NCBI RefSeq assembly: GCF_006345805.1
Contig: NC_043004.1
Coordinates: forward strand, 4,526,001 to 4,590,000
Direction: 5' to 3'
From: Octopus sinensis
Taxonomy: Eukaryota
Length of the DNA: 64,000 nucleotides
Positions within the stretch are counted from its first letter, which is position 1, and each line of letters begins with the position of its first letter. This document shows positions 1-12,276 of the stretch, in pieces. The notes beneath the pieces are model-generated. The model had not been told where the DNA came from, searched no databases, and saw only the letters and a program-made list of their open reading frames with translations. The translations under genes were made by a program, and so were the position numbers.

Positions 1-257
1 TGCCTGATGAGTTAGATTCATTCCACGAGCCTATAAATTGCATGAAGCACACACAGAACATACATTTATATATGTATGTATGTATGTATGTATATATATA
101 TATCGTCTAACCCATGCTAGCATGGAAAACGGACGTTAAACGATAATGATGAGGATATGTATATATATATATATATATATATATTTACGTATCCAACCCA
201 TGCTAGCATGGAAAGCGGACGTTAAAGGATGATGATGATATATAAATATATATATGT

Positions 258-395
258 GCTAGGAAGGGCATCCAGCCGTAGAAACACTGCCAGATCAGAC
301 TGGGCCTGATGCAGCCTTCTGGCTTCACAGACCCCAGTTGAACTGTCCAACCCATGCTAGCATGTAAAACTGACGCTAAATGATGATGATGATGA
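258..395 (+). mobile_element. 5'-truncated RTE-type LINE 3' end / SINE-like copy (most abundant repeat in the window)
   Basis: Motif GGAAGGGCATCCAGC...CCAACCCATGCTAGCATG...GACGTTAAA-(GAT)n. Further copies or tails near 108-150, 195-240, 715-745, 5850-5995(-), 6640-6795, 38900-39090, 43860-43985(-), 47046-47345(-), 55890-56090(-), 58800-59005, 62275-62355. The tail contains the palindrome CCATGCTAGCATGG. Confidence 0.85.
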
Positions 396-627
396 AATAT
401 ATATACACATATGTATATACATATATAAACATATATATTTATGTATATACACACACACACACGTGTGTGTGTGTATGTATGTATGTATGTATGTATAACT
501 CCCACATATACCAAATGTCAATTTCTAAAAAGAATTAGTGAAGTAAAATTATGTAGCAACACCAAATGGTGGTGCAACAGCTCATGAGCTGAAACTAGAT
601 CAAATAAAAAATAAAAATATGTATATG

Positions 628-688
<61 letters not shown>

Positions 689-862
689 ACATATCATCAT
701 CATCATCATCGTCGTTTAACGTCCGTTCTCCATGCTAGCATGGGTATATATGTATATGTGTGTGTGTACATATATATATGTGTGTGTGTATGTATATATC
801 ATCAGTAAATCATAAATCAAAAAAAGAAGCACACTCTAAGTTATAAAGCAGTAGAGTATATA

Positions 863-1104
863 TAGATAAAGATAGATATGGCCAGTCTATGGGGTTAACT
901 AGTGTTTCACGTCCAAAAAATGCTTAGCTTTAAAGCATTTCTTCAGACCCTAAACCCTATGGCCTCACTAGATAATTTTGTAGGGAGACCACTTACTATA
1001 GAGGCCATAGGGTTTAGGGTCTGAAGAAACACTGTAAAGCTAAGTGCTTTATGGATGTGAAACCCAGGGTAACCCCATAGACCAGCCATATCCATCTTTA
1101 TCTA
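863..1104. repeat. Long inverted repeat (arms about 100 bp, 863-966 and 1001-1104) carrying hammerhead motifs
   Basis: The left arm ...TTTCTTCAGACCCTAAACCCTATGGCCTC is the reverse complement of the right arm GAGGCCATAGGGTTTAGGGTCTGAAGAAA.... The outer ends also pair (TAGATAAAGATAGATATGG / CCATATCCATCTTTATCTA). Confidence 0.95.
1017..1075 (+). ncRNA. Type I minimal hammerhead ribozyme, intact core
   Basis: GGGT-CTGAAGA-A-[about 12 bp stem II, loop TAAGT]-GAA-ACCC-A-GGGT-A-ACCC. Stem I is GGGT/ACCC. Predicted GUA cleavage after 1071. Confidence 0.7.
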
Positions 1105-1664
1105 CACAAACACACACACACACATCATCATTCTTATGTTCATACTTTCCATGTTAGCATGGTTTAAATGAGACTTAGCGGGGGGGGGGGCAGTATACTA
1201 CAGCTGGATGATCTTCTGGTTACGAAACCTTATTAAAAAAAAAGAAAAAAGTAAGAGTTGGTGAGAGGAAGATTATTTATATTTTTATTCCACTTGTTTT
1301 CACAGAAAATAAAAAGCAATGAAAGCATGAAGCCGTTGAATGTACTATCATGAAGCCAACATGAACAAACACACAACTGCTGATTATGTCAATGTACGTT
1401 AATGTGGAACAACCTCCCCCCCACACACACACACACACATATACCAAATGCAGGAATATAATTGTTATTTTCAGTTTTATACAACATATGTACTTTCTCT
1501 GCAAGCTAAATGTCACTAATATGTAAGCTGATTGGCCTGTTATGCAATCTTATTGTGCATTTTTTTTTTTTTTTTGCAGATAACCAAAAGGAGTGAGCCT
1601 GTCAGCAAGAGGCTATAATAGAAGAGACCTGACCAAAGTACTATGCTGTGGGAAAAATACATAT

Positions 1665-1798
1665 ATTTATTATTCTTAAACAAGAATATTATTGACAATG
1701 ACTTTGAAGGTTCAGCTAGTTAGGCTACTGTCAGACAATGGCCTGAATGGCTGAAACTTCAAGGCCACTCTCAATATTCTTGTTTAAGAATAATAAAT
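1665..1798. repeat. Hairpin element, 26-bp perfect outer arms plus imperfect inner arms with degenerate HHR-like motifs
   Basis: ATTTATTATTCTTAAACAAGAATATT pairs with AATATTCTTGTTTAAGAATAATAAAT. The inner parts read CAGACAATGGCCTGAATGGCTGAAACTTC (+) and CTGACAGTAGCCTAACTAGCTGAACCTTC (-). Confidence 0.85.
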
Positions 1799-3956
1799 TT
1801 GTGCTTCACAAAAGTAAAGAGTAACCCATCAGATTAATGTTAAATTCTTCTGTTATAACTGATTATAAAAGCAAACATTAATATATATGCATATATACAC
1901 ACTATGGGTATTCTGAATTTTAGAATAAGAACATTAAATCCCTGGAAGTTGTAAGAAGTGACTAAAAGGTTTGCATTAGGAAAGGCATCCAGCCATAAAA
2001 TACTTCATTAAAATGCCTCATCTAACCCATGCCAGCCTGGAAATGTGTATGTAAAAATTATATGCATGGGCCTTGTTCAGAAAGTCATTGGATCACCAGA
2101 CATGGTGTTTTTTGACTCGACATAGTCTCTTTAGTAATGAATACCCTGGACATTTCTGAGCTAAGCCAACAGATGCTATTCCAACATAGAAGTTGGCAAA
2201 CATACCATTTACTTATTTGTGTGAATGATAGCCAGGCTAGAATTAAATAAATATATGCACTTGAAACAGACTAAAATACCTTTATGTAGTCACTTATGCT
2301 AGAAATAGCAAATCACATATCCTAATAATTTTTTAAAAACCCACAAAACAGAAAATACATTGGAGAATGTAGTCTTGTGTATGCATAGATATTGCCAAAG
2401 TTAAATAGACACCATCACTTTTCAATGATTTATTTCTAGAAACAAAATAATGTCATCTGATGCATTAAAATAGTTAATCTAGTATTTAGTTGGCCTGCCT
2501 CAAGCAGATTCCAATGACTTAACCTGTTTGGTCAATGTACTAATAAGTAGTGTCTGCACAGATAAAATGATATAATGAGAGGTGTCTACTTTTGAGATGT
2601 CTGTGTATATGGGCAGCAGGAATGACTTTGATCATAGGGCCTGCTTAATGAGGACTGAGCAATGAGGGGCTTAACATTAGTAACACCAATACTTTGTACC
2701 TCCACAGTTTAAGTCTGAACTTGTTACAAAGCTATTAGTTTGATATTCCCATCATAAACTACAGCAGTATACAAACCACCAAGTTACAGCAGGATGTAGT
2801 CTCTAGTCTTTCAATAGTCATTAATTTTTCACACAATCTCTCATTCAACCAATAAATATACATTTCTGAATGTTTGCTTAGTGATTTAATTGCTAATGCT
2901 TCAGCAAATTATAAGTTTGCATTTTGCTGAAGAAGTTCTGAGAATGAAACATGTTTATGAATCTCAACCCACTTTAGATATTTCAGTGTTGCTTTAGCTA
3001 GTTAATGCATTAGATACACTTTCACCTACTTATCTATTAATTACCATGCAGGTGGCATTGCAGAATAATTTAATTTTTCATTAAGTAATTGAATGAGCTG
3101 AGTGGGAATTGAATCCACATCGTACACACATATACACTATACTCTCCGCTAAGCTGCAGGTGAATTTTAAGAGCTAGTGCTTAACTAAAGAATCGTGATA
3201 TTGGATGAGAGATAATCCTCCCACAGGTAAAACACTAGTCTTTATAACTAACATTCTCAGACAATGTGGCAACTATTTCTAAGAAATAGGTGAACTGAGG
3301 CAACGCAAAATAAAATTTTCTGCTCTGATACACAAAGAAATGCCTGCAGTACATTTGAACAACTGAACTGATATGAAACAATCCAATCCCTTACCTACTA
3401 ATCCATATCACTTTTACAACTTAATACTGTTCATATCAGCTTTGACATACCCACAAAACATTCCAGCCCAAATACTGTCAAATTTTTAACAAATACAAAG
3501 CTATGTATTAGAGCAAGGTGGGTTACTATTGGCCCAAGTTGTTCAAGTGCTAACTGTGTTCCTGACATTAGCTTTCATTAGTTGTGTTCACTTGACTGTG
3601 CAACAGTAAAATACAGTTCACTTATTTATGTAGAAGGCCTTTGTGTAAGCATAGAAGCATAGGTATGTGTATACATGCACACACATGTACCACTGTTTAC
3701 TGTCCATTTCTTTGCTTGAATGGATCAAATAGAATTTGCAGAGGAGGATTATTTATAGCAAGATGCCCTTCCTGAATATATAGCAGCCATTGACTGGTTA
3801 TGTTAATTCACCTCCAACAATAGAGAGCAGTTGCCATATTCCCTTCCATATCGGCTAACTCTGATGAGAATAAGGTTATATAATCAGATTGTTATCTAAC
3901 ACTCCATTATATTCCTTGAGTGAAACCAAATGATAAGATCAGCTGTGATGGATATA

Positions 3957-5235
3957 TCAGGTTATTAAGAATGAAATGTGCAATTTTGAACTGAAAGTTT
4001 ATTTTTACTTTATCTCAACAAAAAGCAATGCAGTTAATCAAAGTATGCACCTAAATTATCAACACAATTTTGCCATTTTATCAGTAGCTTATTTATGCTC
4101 ACAGCAAAGAATTCTGGAGAGCAAGAAGTGATTAAATTATGAAAGGCTGTTTTTGTATCTTCTTCAGATTTGAAGTTTTTCCCTTGCAAAAAGTTGTCTA
4201 ATGGTTGGGGTACATGATAGTCAGTTGGTGCAAGGCCTGGTGAATATGGTGGATGAGAGAGAACTTCCAAGTTCAGTTCCTATAACTTGAGTAGCATTCT
4301 TTGTGCAACATGTGGTCAAGCATTCTCTTGCAAGAGAATTTGCCTGTCTCTATAGACCTATCTCAGTTGTTTAATTGCAAGTTCATGCATCATTTCATCC
4401 AGTTGGTTGATGTATACATCCACTGTAATTGACTTACGAGGTTTCATGAAGCTGTAGTGGATGACACCAGCACTGCACAACCAGACACCATTAGCTTTTG
4501 TTTGGTGAATATTCTTTTTTGGATTGTGTTGGCACTTCGTCTCTATCCAACTACCATTCATAACACTTGCTATTGTTGAAAAGAATCCATTTTTCATCAC
4601 ACATAACAACACAGTGCAAAAATGGTTTGCTTTTATGCTGTGACAGTAAAGAACAGCAAGTTTCAAAATGACATGTCATTTGATGCTCATTCAGTTCGTG
4701 TGATACCCACTTGTCCAGCTTCTTTACCATGACGATTTGTTTCAGATAGTCCTATACAGTTGGAATCGAAACATCAAACCTTGCTGCTAACTCATGCATA
4801 ATTTCAGATGTATGTTTCCACTATAGTTTCCAGCTCATCATTATCAAGCTAGGTCTCAGGTCTACCATGTGGATGATTTTCAAGAATAAAGTCACCAGAC
4901 CAGTACTTCTCAAACCATTGATATACAGTACGTTCATCTGCCACATCTTCACTAAATACCTCATTGAAGTTTCAAGCTGTCTGAGATGCATTGGTCTCAT
5001 GAAGGAACTCATATTCATAAACAACACAAATTTTTGATCTATCCATGGGTTCACAAAAATTGATTTGAAAGAGAAAACTCACAATATAATCAGACACCAT
5101 GAGTTGCATTTCAAAAAGTGATGATGTAACTCTTCAATGTCATAAAACAAAGAATTGTCAGGATAAAACATTAGAGTTAACGACTGTCAAACATGGTGCA
5201 TAAGAAAATCGGACATTTCATTCTTAACGACCTGA
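3957..5235 (-). mobile_element. Full-length but decayed mariner (DD34D-type) transposon, 1279 bp
   Basis: TIRs TCAGGTTATTAAGAATGAAATGTGCAATTTT and AAAATCGGACATTTCATTCTTAACGACCTGA, with TA at the left end. Transposase fragments include HPPYSPGLAPTDYH...KWQNCVDNLGAYFD (ORF 4034-4270). Broken by stops and frameshifts. Confidence 0.95.
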
Positions 5236-5397
5236 GATAATACTATATATTTTGGATAACCATAATGATATCTGTGGGGCAGCTGATGATGGAGGTATGT
5301 TGGATTGTTGGTATAGCTGTTTTTGTATATGTGAAATAGCATTATTGGATTTTGGTATGGCTGTGGAATAGTATTATAACACATCCTTTTGATATAT

Positions 5398-5770
5398 CAA
5401 CATCATCATCGTTTAACATCCGTTTTCCGTGCTAGCATGGACTGGACGGTTCGACCAGGGTCTGGGAAGCCAGGAGGCTGCACTAGGCTCCAGTCTGATC
5501 TGGCAGTGTTTCTACAGCTGGATGCCCTTCCTAATGCCAACCACTTCGTGAGTGTAGTGAGTGCTTTTTACATGCCACTGGCACAGGTGCCAGGGGAGGT
5601 TGGCATCGACCATGATCGGATGGTGCTTTTTATATGCCACCGGCACAGGTATCACAACTACAATTTCCGTTTGATTTTTATTTTGATGTTGATGTACTTG
5701 ACTCAATAGGTCTCTTCAAGCACAGCAGGTCGCCCTATGATCCAAGGTAAGCACAGCAGGCCATCCTGCA
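5398..5770 (-). mobile_element. RTE-type LINE 3' UTR copy with one internal hairpin unit
   Basis: (CAT)n tail at left, GTGCCACCGGCAC unit near 5633, same layout as 34905-35605. Confidence 0.8.
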
Positions 5771-6399
5771 ACCCAGGTACTTTGGATGGGCTGGGGCTGC
5801 TATGTGAAGCTGGTGCAGGAAACACACACACACACACATATCATCATCATCATCATTTAACGTCCGCTTTCCATGCTAGCATGGGTTGGATGATTTTGAT
5901 TGAGGGCTGGCAAACCAGACAGCTGCACCAGGCTCCAATCTTAATTTGGCAGAGTTTCTACAGCTGGATGCCCTTCCTAACGCCAACCACTCCGAATATA
6001 TATATATATATATATTCTTTTTGTCTTTTACTGGTTTCAGTCATTGAACTGCAGTCATTCAAAGGCACTGCCTTAAAGGCTTTTACACAATCACATAGAC
6101 TCCAGTATTTATTTCAGCTCAGTAAATATTTCATAGTCTCTATTTGACAAGCAACTATATTACAGCACATAAAAAAGAAAACAACATAGGTAATAGTATT
6201 GATTTTTAGACTGTTGCAAACACGGACACATTATGCAGATATACAATAGGCTCCTTTACAATTTCCATCTACCAAATTCAACTCAAAATGTATTAATCAA
6301 CATAAGGCTATGGCAGGAGACACTCATCCAAGGTGCCAGCTAATGGGATTGAACTTCAATACAGTATGACTACACCTATATCATAAATATATATATATA

Positions 6400-6610
6400 T
6401 TCTTTGCTCCTCTAGGCACAAGGCCCCAAATTTTTTTTGGGGGGGGGCAGCCAGTCCATTAGATCAACCCCAGTACGCAACTGGTACTTAATTTATCGAC
6501 CTCGGAAGGATGAAAGGCAAAATTGACCTCGGTGGAATTTGAACTCAGAACATAATGACATGAAATACTACTAAGCATTTCACATGGCGCACCAACATTT
6601 CTGCCAGCTC
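6400..6610 (-). mobile_element. tRNA-derived SINE (family with GTCGACTTTGCCTTTCATCCTTTCGGGGTCGATAAATTAAGTACCAG)
   Basis: B-box-like GAGTTCAAATTCC on the minus strand plus the conserved central block. Related copies at 13260-13440, 20781-21202, 21940-22210 (degenerate), 27600-27800. Confidence 0.8.
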
Positions 6611-7559
6611 ACCACCTTTAAATATATGTATATATATATTGCTGGGTGGTTGGTGTTAGGAAGGGCATCCAGCCATAAGAACCTTGCCATAACAGACACA
6701 GAAGTCTGGTGCAGACTTCTGCCTGGCCTGCTCCTGTCAAACCATCCAACCCATGCCAGCATAGAAGGTGGACGTTAAACGGTGCTGATGATGAGATATC
6801 TATCTATCTATATCTGTCTATATATATATATATATATAAAACAGCTAAAGAGCAAGAAGTGTTGCCTCTGGAAATCTGACAGGGGGCAACACGGGGCAGA
6901 TATGTTTTCACACCTTTTGCCACAAGAGAGAATTTTTTTCTCTCCATGATAAGTGCAGTGAAGTTGAAATATGTCACAAACATATTTTAACTAACCTAAA
7001 GTTTGCTTATGTTTAAATACTGTGTGGTACTGATACTGTGAACTTATATAGCTCGTAGTATGAGCTCCTGGATCTTAAGAACCTTCAGGTTCTAAGCTTA
7101 GCTTTTCCTTAGGGCTGGCCAGATTGGAGCAATCTAAAGTATAATCAGCCAAAATTGCAAAGATAATCATGTACTTGGTTGAGGAAAGAAAACTTTGAAT
7201 GACCCGTCCTTGTTTCCTTTGTATCGTCTATCACAATGTTTTGTTGTCCCATTTTTGTATCACCTAACTGTCTGGATGTTTTGTGTTCTTGTCCCATTTT
7301 GTATTTTATATATATATATATATAAAATTTATATAGATTTGTCATCAGCATAAAACATCTGTCTTCTACACTGGCACAAGTGGACAGTTCAAGAGGACCT
7401 GAAAAACCTGAGGGCTACAATGAACTCCATTATCTACTTGAGCATAGTTTCTATAACTGCATACCTTTCCTAGTATCAACCACTTTACAGAGTATACTGA
7501 GTGTTTTTTTTTGTTTTTATTTTTAAAATGACATAGTGAGGTCAGCAAATAACTCACAA

Positions 7560-8460
7560 AACAAGACCCTTCAACTAGGTAGGGGTGTGGTATTGAGGGA
7601 GAATGCTTTGTGCCAGGTGTTGAAAGGTTAAAGTAGGATAGAGGGACAAGAACATACTCTTGTTGTAGAAGAGATACATGGCTACATCAGCAGGAAAGAG
7701 AGAAAATATGGTGGTGATGAGGTGAGAGGCACACCTCAGAATACATGAAGGTGAATATAAGAGAGAATAGGGACAGAGAATAGAAGGGTCAGTGGGTAAA
7801 TTTGCATGAGTGTGACAGGAGAATAATACATGGTCAGAGATGGGAATAGAGGTAAATGTAGGAACTGGTGAACAGGGGTGAAGATGGAGTTGATAGTGGA
7901 TGTTAGTTTGGGGGAGAAGGTGAAGGAAAATGGGAGTCGGTCAAGGAAAATGAGATCATGAGGAGCAATACATAAAAAGGTGTGGAGAGCAGCAGCATAA
8001 TAACACCACAGATAGACTAGAGATGATGTGTAATGTGGGTAGTGAGAGAGGGAGGTACAGTGACAGAGACAGACGTCAGAGATATGTAGGGATGGATATA
8101 GTGAGTGACAAAAAAAAAAGGTGGGATGGGCATTGATGGCAGATATGAGAGGGTGTTCAAGGGAAAATAAAGAAGATAAGAGATGGTATTGAGAATCTTT
8201 GATGGGTCACAAAAGAAAGTGAGTCCAAGGAGTGGGAAAATGTTAGTACAAAAGGGAGGGGTCAAATAATTGCAGTTCTGTTCTCTTATAATTACAGCAG
8301 TAGAGGAATAGTACCATAATTAGAAGAGTAATAGAAGGATGGGTGTAAGGAAGATGAGTAGTGGGGAAGACTTAGTAGGGGCAAATTGGGTGCAGAGGGC
8401 AGACATAAATAATATGCTTTTAGGACCTCATGTTTTGGCAAGATGGATAGGTGTTCTCGA
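7560..8460. repeat. Old purine-rich interspersed repeat, family unassigned
   Basis: Strongly G/A-biased degenerate tract that follows a decayed RTE-tail copy. Similar tracts at 42840-43100 and 56100-56740. No ORF recognised. Confidence 0.45.
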
Positions 8461-8689
8461 GCACAGCAAACTTGCCAATTCTCTTAGTCCTTTGTCATCT
8501 CCTTCATGAATCTTAACATTCTGAGGTCAGTCTTCACTACTTTCTCTTGTTCTTTCTGGATCTCCCTCCTCCACAGGTTCTATTTTACCATCTCTCTCTT
8601 TCCAGCTGGGGTAGCTATGTATTTCCTTCACCAAGACACCTGTTCCTGTCCCTCTATCACACTTCCACCTCCTTCAAATAATAAATAAA

Positions 8690-8920
8690 TAAATGCGCCC
8701 TTTTAAAGCCTAGCCAGGCTCATGGGCCTGGTTTCCCGGTTTCAATGGCGTATGTGTTCCCCAGCAGCGTTACTCATTTTTGCCAGCTGAGTGGACTGGA
8801 GCAACGTGAAATGAAGTGTTTTGCTTAAGAACACAATGCATCGCATGGTCCAGGAATCAAAACCACAATCTTACAATCATGATACTGACATCCTAACCAC
8901 TAAGCCACACGCCTCCACTA
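8690..8920 (-). mobile_element. tRNA-derived SINE
   Basis: The minus strand begins GTGGAGGCGTGTGGCTTAGTGGTTAGG (A box) ... GGTTTTGATTCC (B box). Related copies at 37120-37270(+), 53820-53950(-), 60055-60392(-). Confidence 0.8.
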
Positions 8921-9599
8921 CCTCCTTCAAAACCACACCTATTTAGCTGAGGATGGGGAGGGGTTAGAGTTAGGAGTACTTGGTGATCTCACTAGTGCCA
9001 GTGCCATGAAAAAAGCACTGGTACACTCTGTAAAAGTGGTTGGCATTAGGAAGGATCTCTAGGTTGGCATTAGGAAGGCATGTCTAGAAACTATGCCAAA
9101 AATGACAGTAGAGCTTGGTGCACTTCTCTGGCTTGTAAATTAGTAAGTAGCAGAATAAAGAACCAATGAAAATCATTTACACCTATCTGATCTTTCTGTA
9201 CATCTAGGACTATACTGTCCAAAATGTATCCTATAAAAGTCAAATCAGCTATGAAATTATATATAAAAAAAAAAAAAATTGTAACAGAAAAGTTACAAAC
9301 AATTTTTAAATTGCAGAAACTCAAAATCTCGAGGTAGAGTCTACTGTTAGTATTTAATATGTCTTCTTTTCAATCCCGTTGCAACTACTAAATACCATAA
9401 TTCAATAAATTGACAATTAAGTTGATCACTTATGCATCAGTGAAACTGGAAACCCATGTTATGTTTTATTCTGTGAGTATTAAAGGCAGGAGGTTTTCGA
9501 GTTTGTGCTACCTCATGAGAAATTTGTCCAGAACATCACAAGCACATCTGCTCCCAATAACAGTGCAAAGAAAGACACAGATGTGTTACTGAGAACAAG

Positions 9600-9780
9600 T
9601 ATTAATGCAATAGTGAGGAATCACCTTGAGTGGAATTGATAGCTATTAAGCTTAGTTTCAATGAGATTAGTAAGGTAATCAAGGAGATGAAGTTAGGGAA
9701 AGCTGCAAGTCTATCAGGGTTAGTTGCTGAGATGTTTGAAGTATCTGATTATATAGATATTAACTCTGAAAATTTTCCCA
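9600..9780 (+). mobile_element. LINE reverse-transcriptase-region fragment (RTE-like)
   Basis: Translates to ISKVIKEMKLGKAASLSGLVAEMFEV, matching the K-x-GKA-x-G-x-SG-x-x-AEM segment upstream of LINE RT domains. Confidence 0.65.
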
Positions 9781-10606
9781 AGAGTGTTTTCTGCATGAAG
9801 AACATATAGATAAGTACAGGTTACCATACTTGATGTGCTAACCAAAAATAACGTAAGCAAAATTAGCATTAATGAAAATTGCCCTCAAAATGAATAAGGA
9901 AGAGCCATTTAACTAGCTAGTACAAATTGTTATCTCTAATGACTTACAGAAGTTTTACCAAGAGTAAAAGGCGTCCCTGAAGAAAGGTATTTATAGGGCT
10001 TTATAATGAAAAGTTATAATGCTGTTTTTGTTGTTTAGCCCCAGGTCAGTTCTATCTCAATAGATCTATGATCAAAGGTGTAGTAACTTTGAGCATCCTG
10101 ACTTTTATTTTTAGATGTGTCCAGGTCAACATTATCCAATATGCCTTTCCCTTTTTAAGACAGCAAGGTGTGATTTGGTTATTTCTTGTAGGTAGAATGA
10201 CCAATTAGGGGTTTTCTTGTCGGCTTACAATGAATCAAGTTTTGAAAGGTGACAAGAAAGTTTAGCATAGTTAGTACAAAACAGGGTTCAGTTGGACAGG
10301 ATACAGTTTCGGCTTGCACAAAGTCTTAAACCACTGATTTAATAATTCTTATGGGACAAGAGCAAGAAAAATTCTTAAGTAAAAAAAAATATTCTACTCA
10401 GCATTTGTGAATCTGGAGAAGATCTTTAATGGGATCTCACTGCCCTTTGTCGAGCAGGTACCAAGAAATCTAGGTGCAGATGAATGATTTGTAACATCCA
10501 ACACACAAATGAATGAAGATATTGCGAGCAAGTTTAGGATTAGCAGTGAATTCATTGAAGAATTTAGTGGATGAGTAAGTGTTCAAAAGGAGATAGACAG
10601 AAACTA

Positions 10607-10822
10607 TGATGGGGTACCAAAAAGTTCCTGGCTTTAAGGGTATCGCAAAAGGCTTGGTTGGAAGCCCAACCTTCCAAGTTCTTTTACAGGGCTTAGAAAA
10701 ACTACAGGACCACTGTAATATGTGTGTGAATCTGAGAGAGGAATACATTGGATAAAATCATAATTAACTGATCCTCCTGTATTTCTTTTACTTAAAGCCA
10801 GGAACTTTTCAGCACCCCCTCA
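10607..10822. mobile_element. Mariner-derived MITE
   Basis: TA-flanked, with TIR (T)GAGGGGGTGCTGAAAAGTTCCTGGCTTT. Sister copies at 15202-15390 and, split by an insertion, about 32245-32730. Confidence 0.85.
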
Positions 10823-12058
10823 TATGCTGAAGTCCATTCATTCAGATAGACTGTACCTGTTCTATCAACAAGATGAATACCACAATATGGCCATTAAACA
10901 TCCCTACTGGAGTCCATTTTTTTACTAGTATTTAGACCAAATCTTAAGTCTGGGGATAACTCAATACTGTGATGTGCACTTTCTTCCTGCAGCCTAGCAA
11001 ATAGCAAATCATGAGTTATGCTTCCATCCTAAATTTACCCCCAACATATCTCAGAGGCTGTACAAAAACAGGGCCATGGGCACTGCCCTTACTCTTGTAA
11101 GTAAACTACAGAAATGAGATAGAAAAATACTTTTCAGTATTTAGTTAAGGTTGTTAATGTTTACAAGTTCAAATCCTGCCAAAGTTAATTTTGCTTTTTA
11201 CCCTTTAAATAAGTACCAGTCACATACTAAGTCGGCCTCATTGACTACACCTAAAAATTTGTGGCTTTGTTCCAACATACGAAACATGATTTTCCTATGT
11301 TACTTCTAGTGTTATTGATTCTATCTCACTCAAACGATTTATTCATATCTTCTTATAGATGCCATCTTTTGTTTTATTGAATAAACAACATTGATTGTTC
11401 CTAAAACTGCACCATCAAAAGAAGACCTGTCTATACATCAACATCTATGTATATGCCTGTGTGCATTTTTGTGTGCATATTGCATGTATAATGTCTCTCT
11501 ATACATCTGCATCTATGTATATATGTACTGTTATTAGTTTCAGTTATGAGATTGCAACCATGCTGATGCACCGCCTTCAATTTTTTAGACTATCACATTG
11601 ACCTCCTTTAAATCCTCTAAGCAAGCCACACCAACACACACACACACACGCACACCTCACCAAGCCAACTACAACAACTCTTTTCCAGACATTTCTTTTT
11701 TTGTTCCGACACACCTAGTTACAACAAACACTTGGTAAGCAAGTGCTCATCATTCCTCAAAACACCAACCAGTTATCGTAACAACACACTTGCACATCAA
11801 TAAAGAAAATTTTTAAAAAAAACATTTTTACAAACTTAAAAAAGTTCAATAGAACAGGTGAGACTAAGAAATGGAATCAAGGTTTTTTTTATGTTTTTGT
11901 TCTTTTCTACAAAATTCAGAAGCATTACAACAGCAACATAGACACTGCAGCTCATGCATTCAACAAAACAATTAGACATCAAAAAAAGAAAAAAATACAT
12001 CCCACAAAGCAACATAGAAATATAACCCTAGTTACCCACCCAGAAACAGTGGCCTTAA

Positions 12059-12276
12059 TCCTTTAGCATTTAAGCAGGTCATATCCAGCCAAGATATTCT
12101 ACCTGTTTTATATTCAAACTGGCCAGATCTAGCCTCTCACACAAACCCTAGTGTCATTCCAAAACTACACAACCACATTGTTGAAATCTCAAAACTATGA
12201 GATAATGCATGATTAATTCAAAACGATGTGAATAAATAAGTATTACATTTGACAGAATAATCTGAATGCTAAAGGG
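12059..12276. mobile_element. piggyBac-like MITE
   Basis: TTAA on both sides (12055-58, 12277-80) and TIR (T/C)CCTTTAGCATT / AATGCTAAAGGG. Confidence 0.85.

Noticed and set aside
2921-2958. CTGAAGA-AGTTCTGAGAAT-GAAACATGTT hammerhead-like string
   Set aside because: The core is present but stem II is only about 4 bp and stem I is not supported. At best it is a decayed remnant.
11840-11990. Plus-strand 62-nt intron-like segment (CAG|gtgaga...ttcag|)
   Set aside because: The flanking sequence is A-rich low-complexity DNA without coding character, so the signal is insufficient alone.
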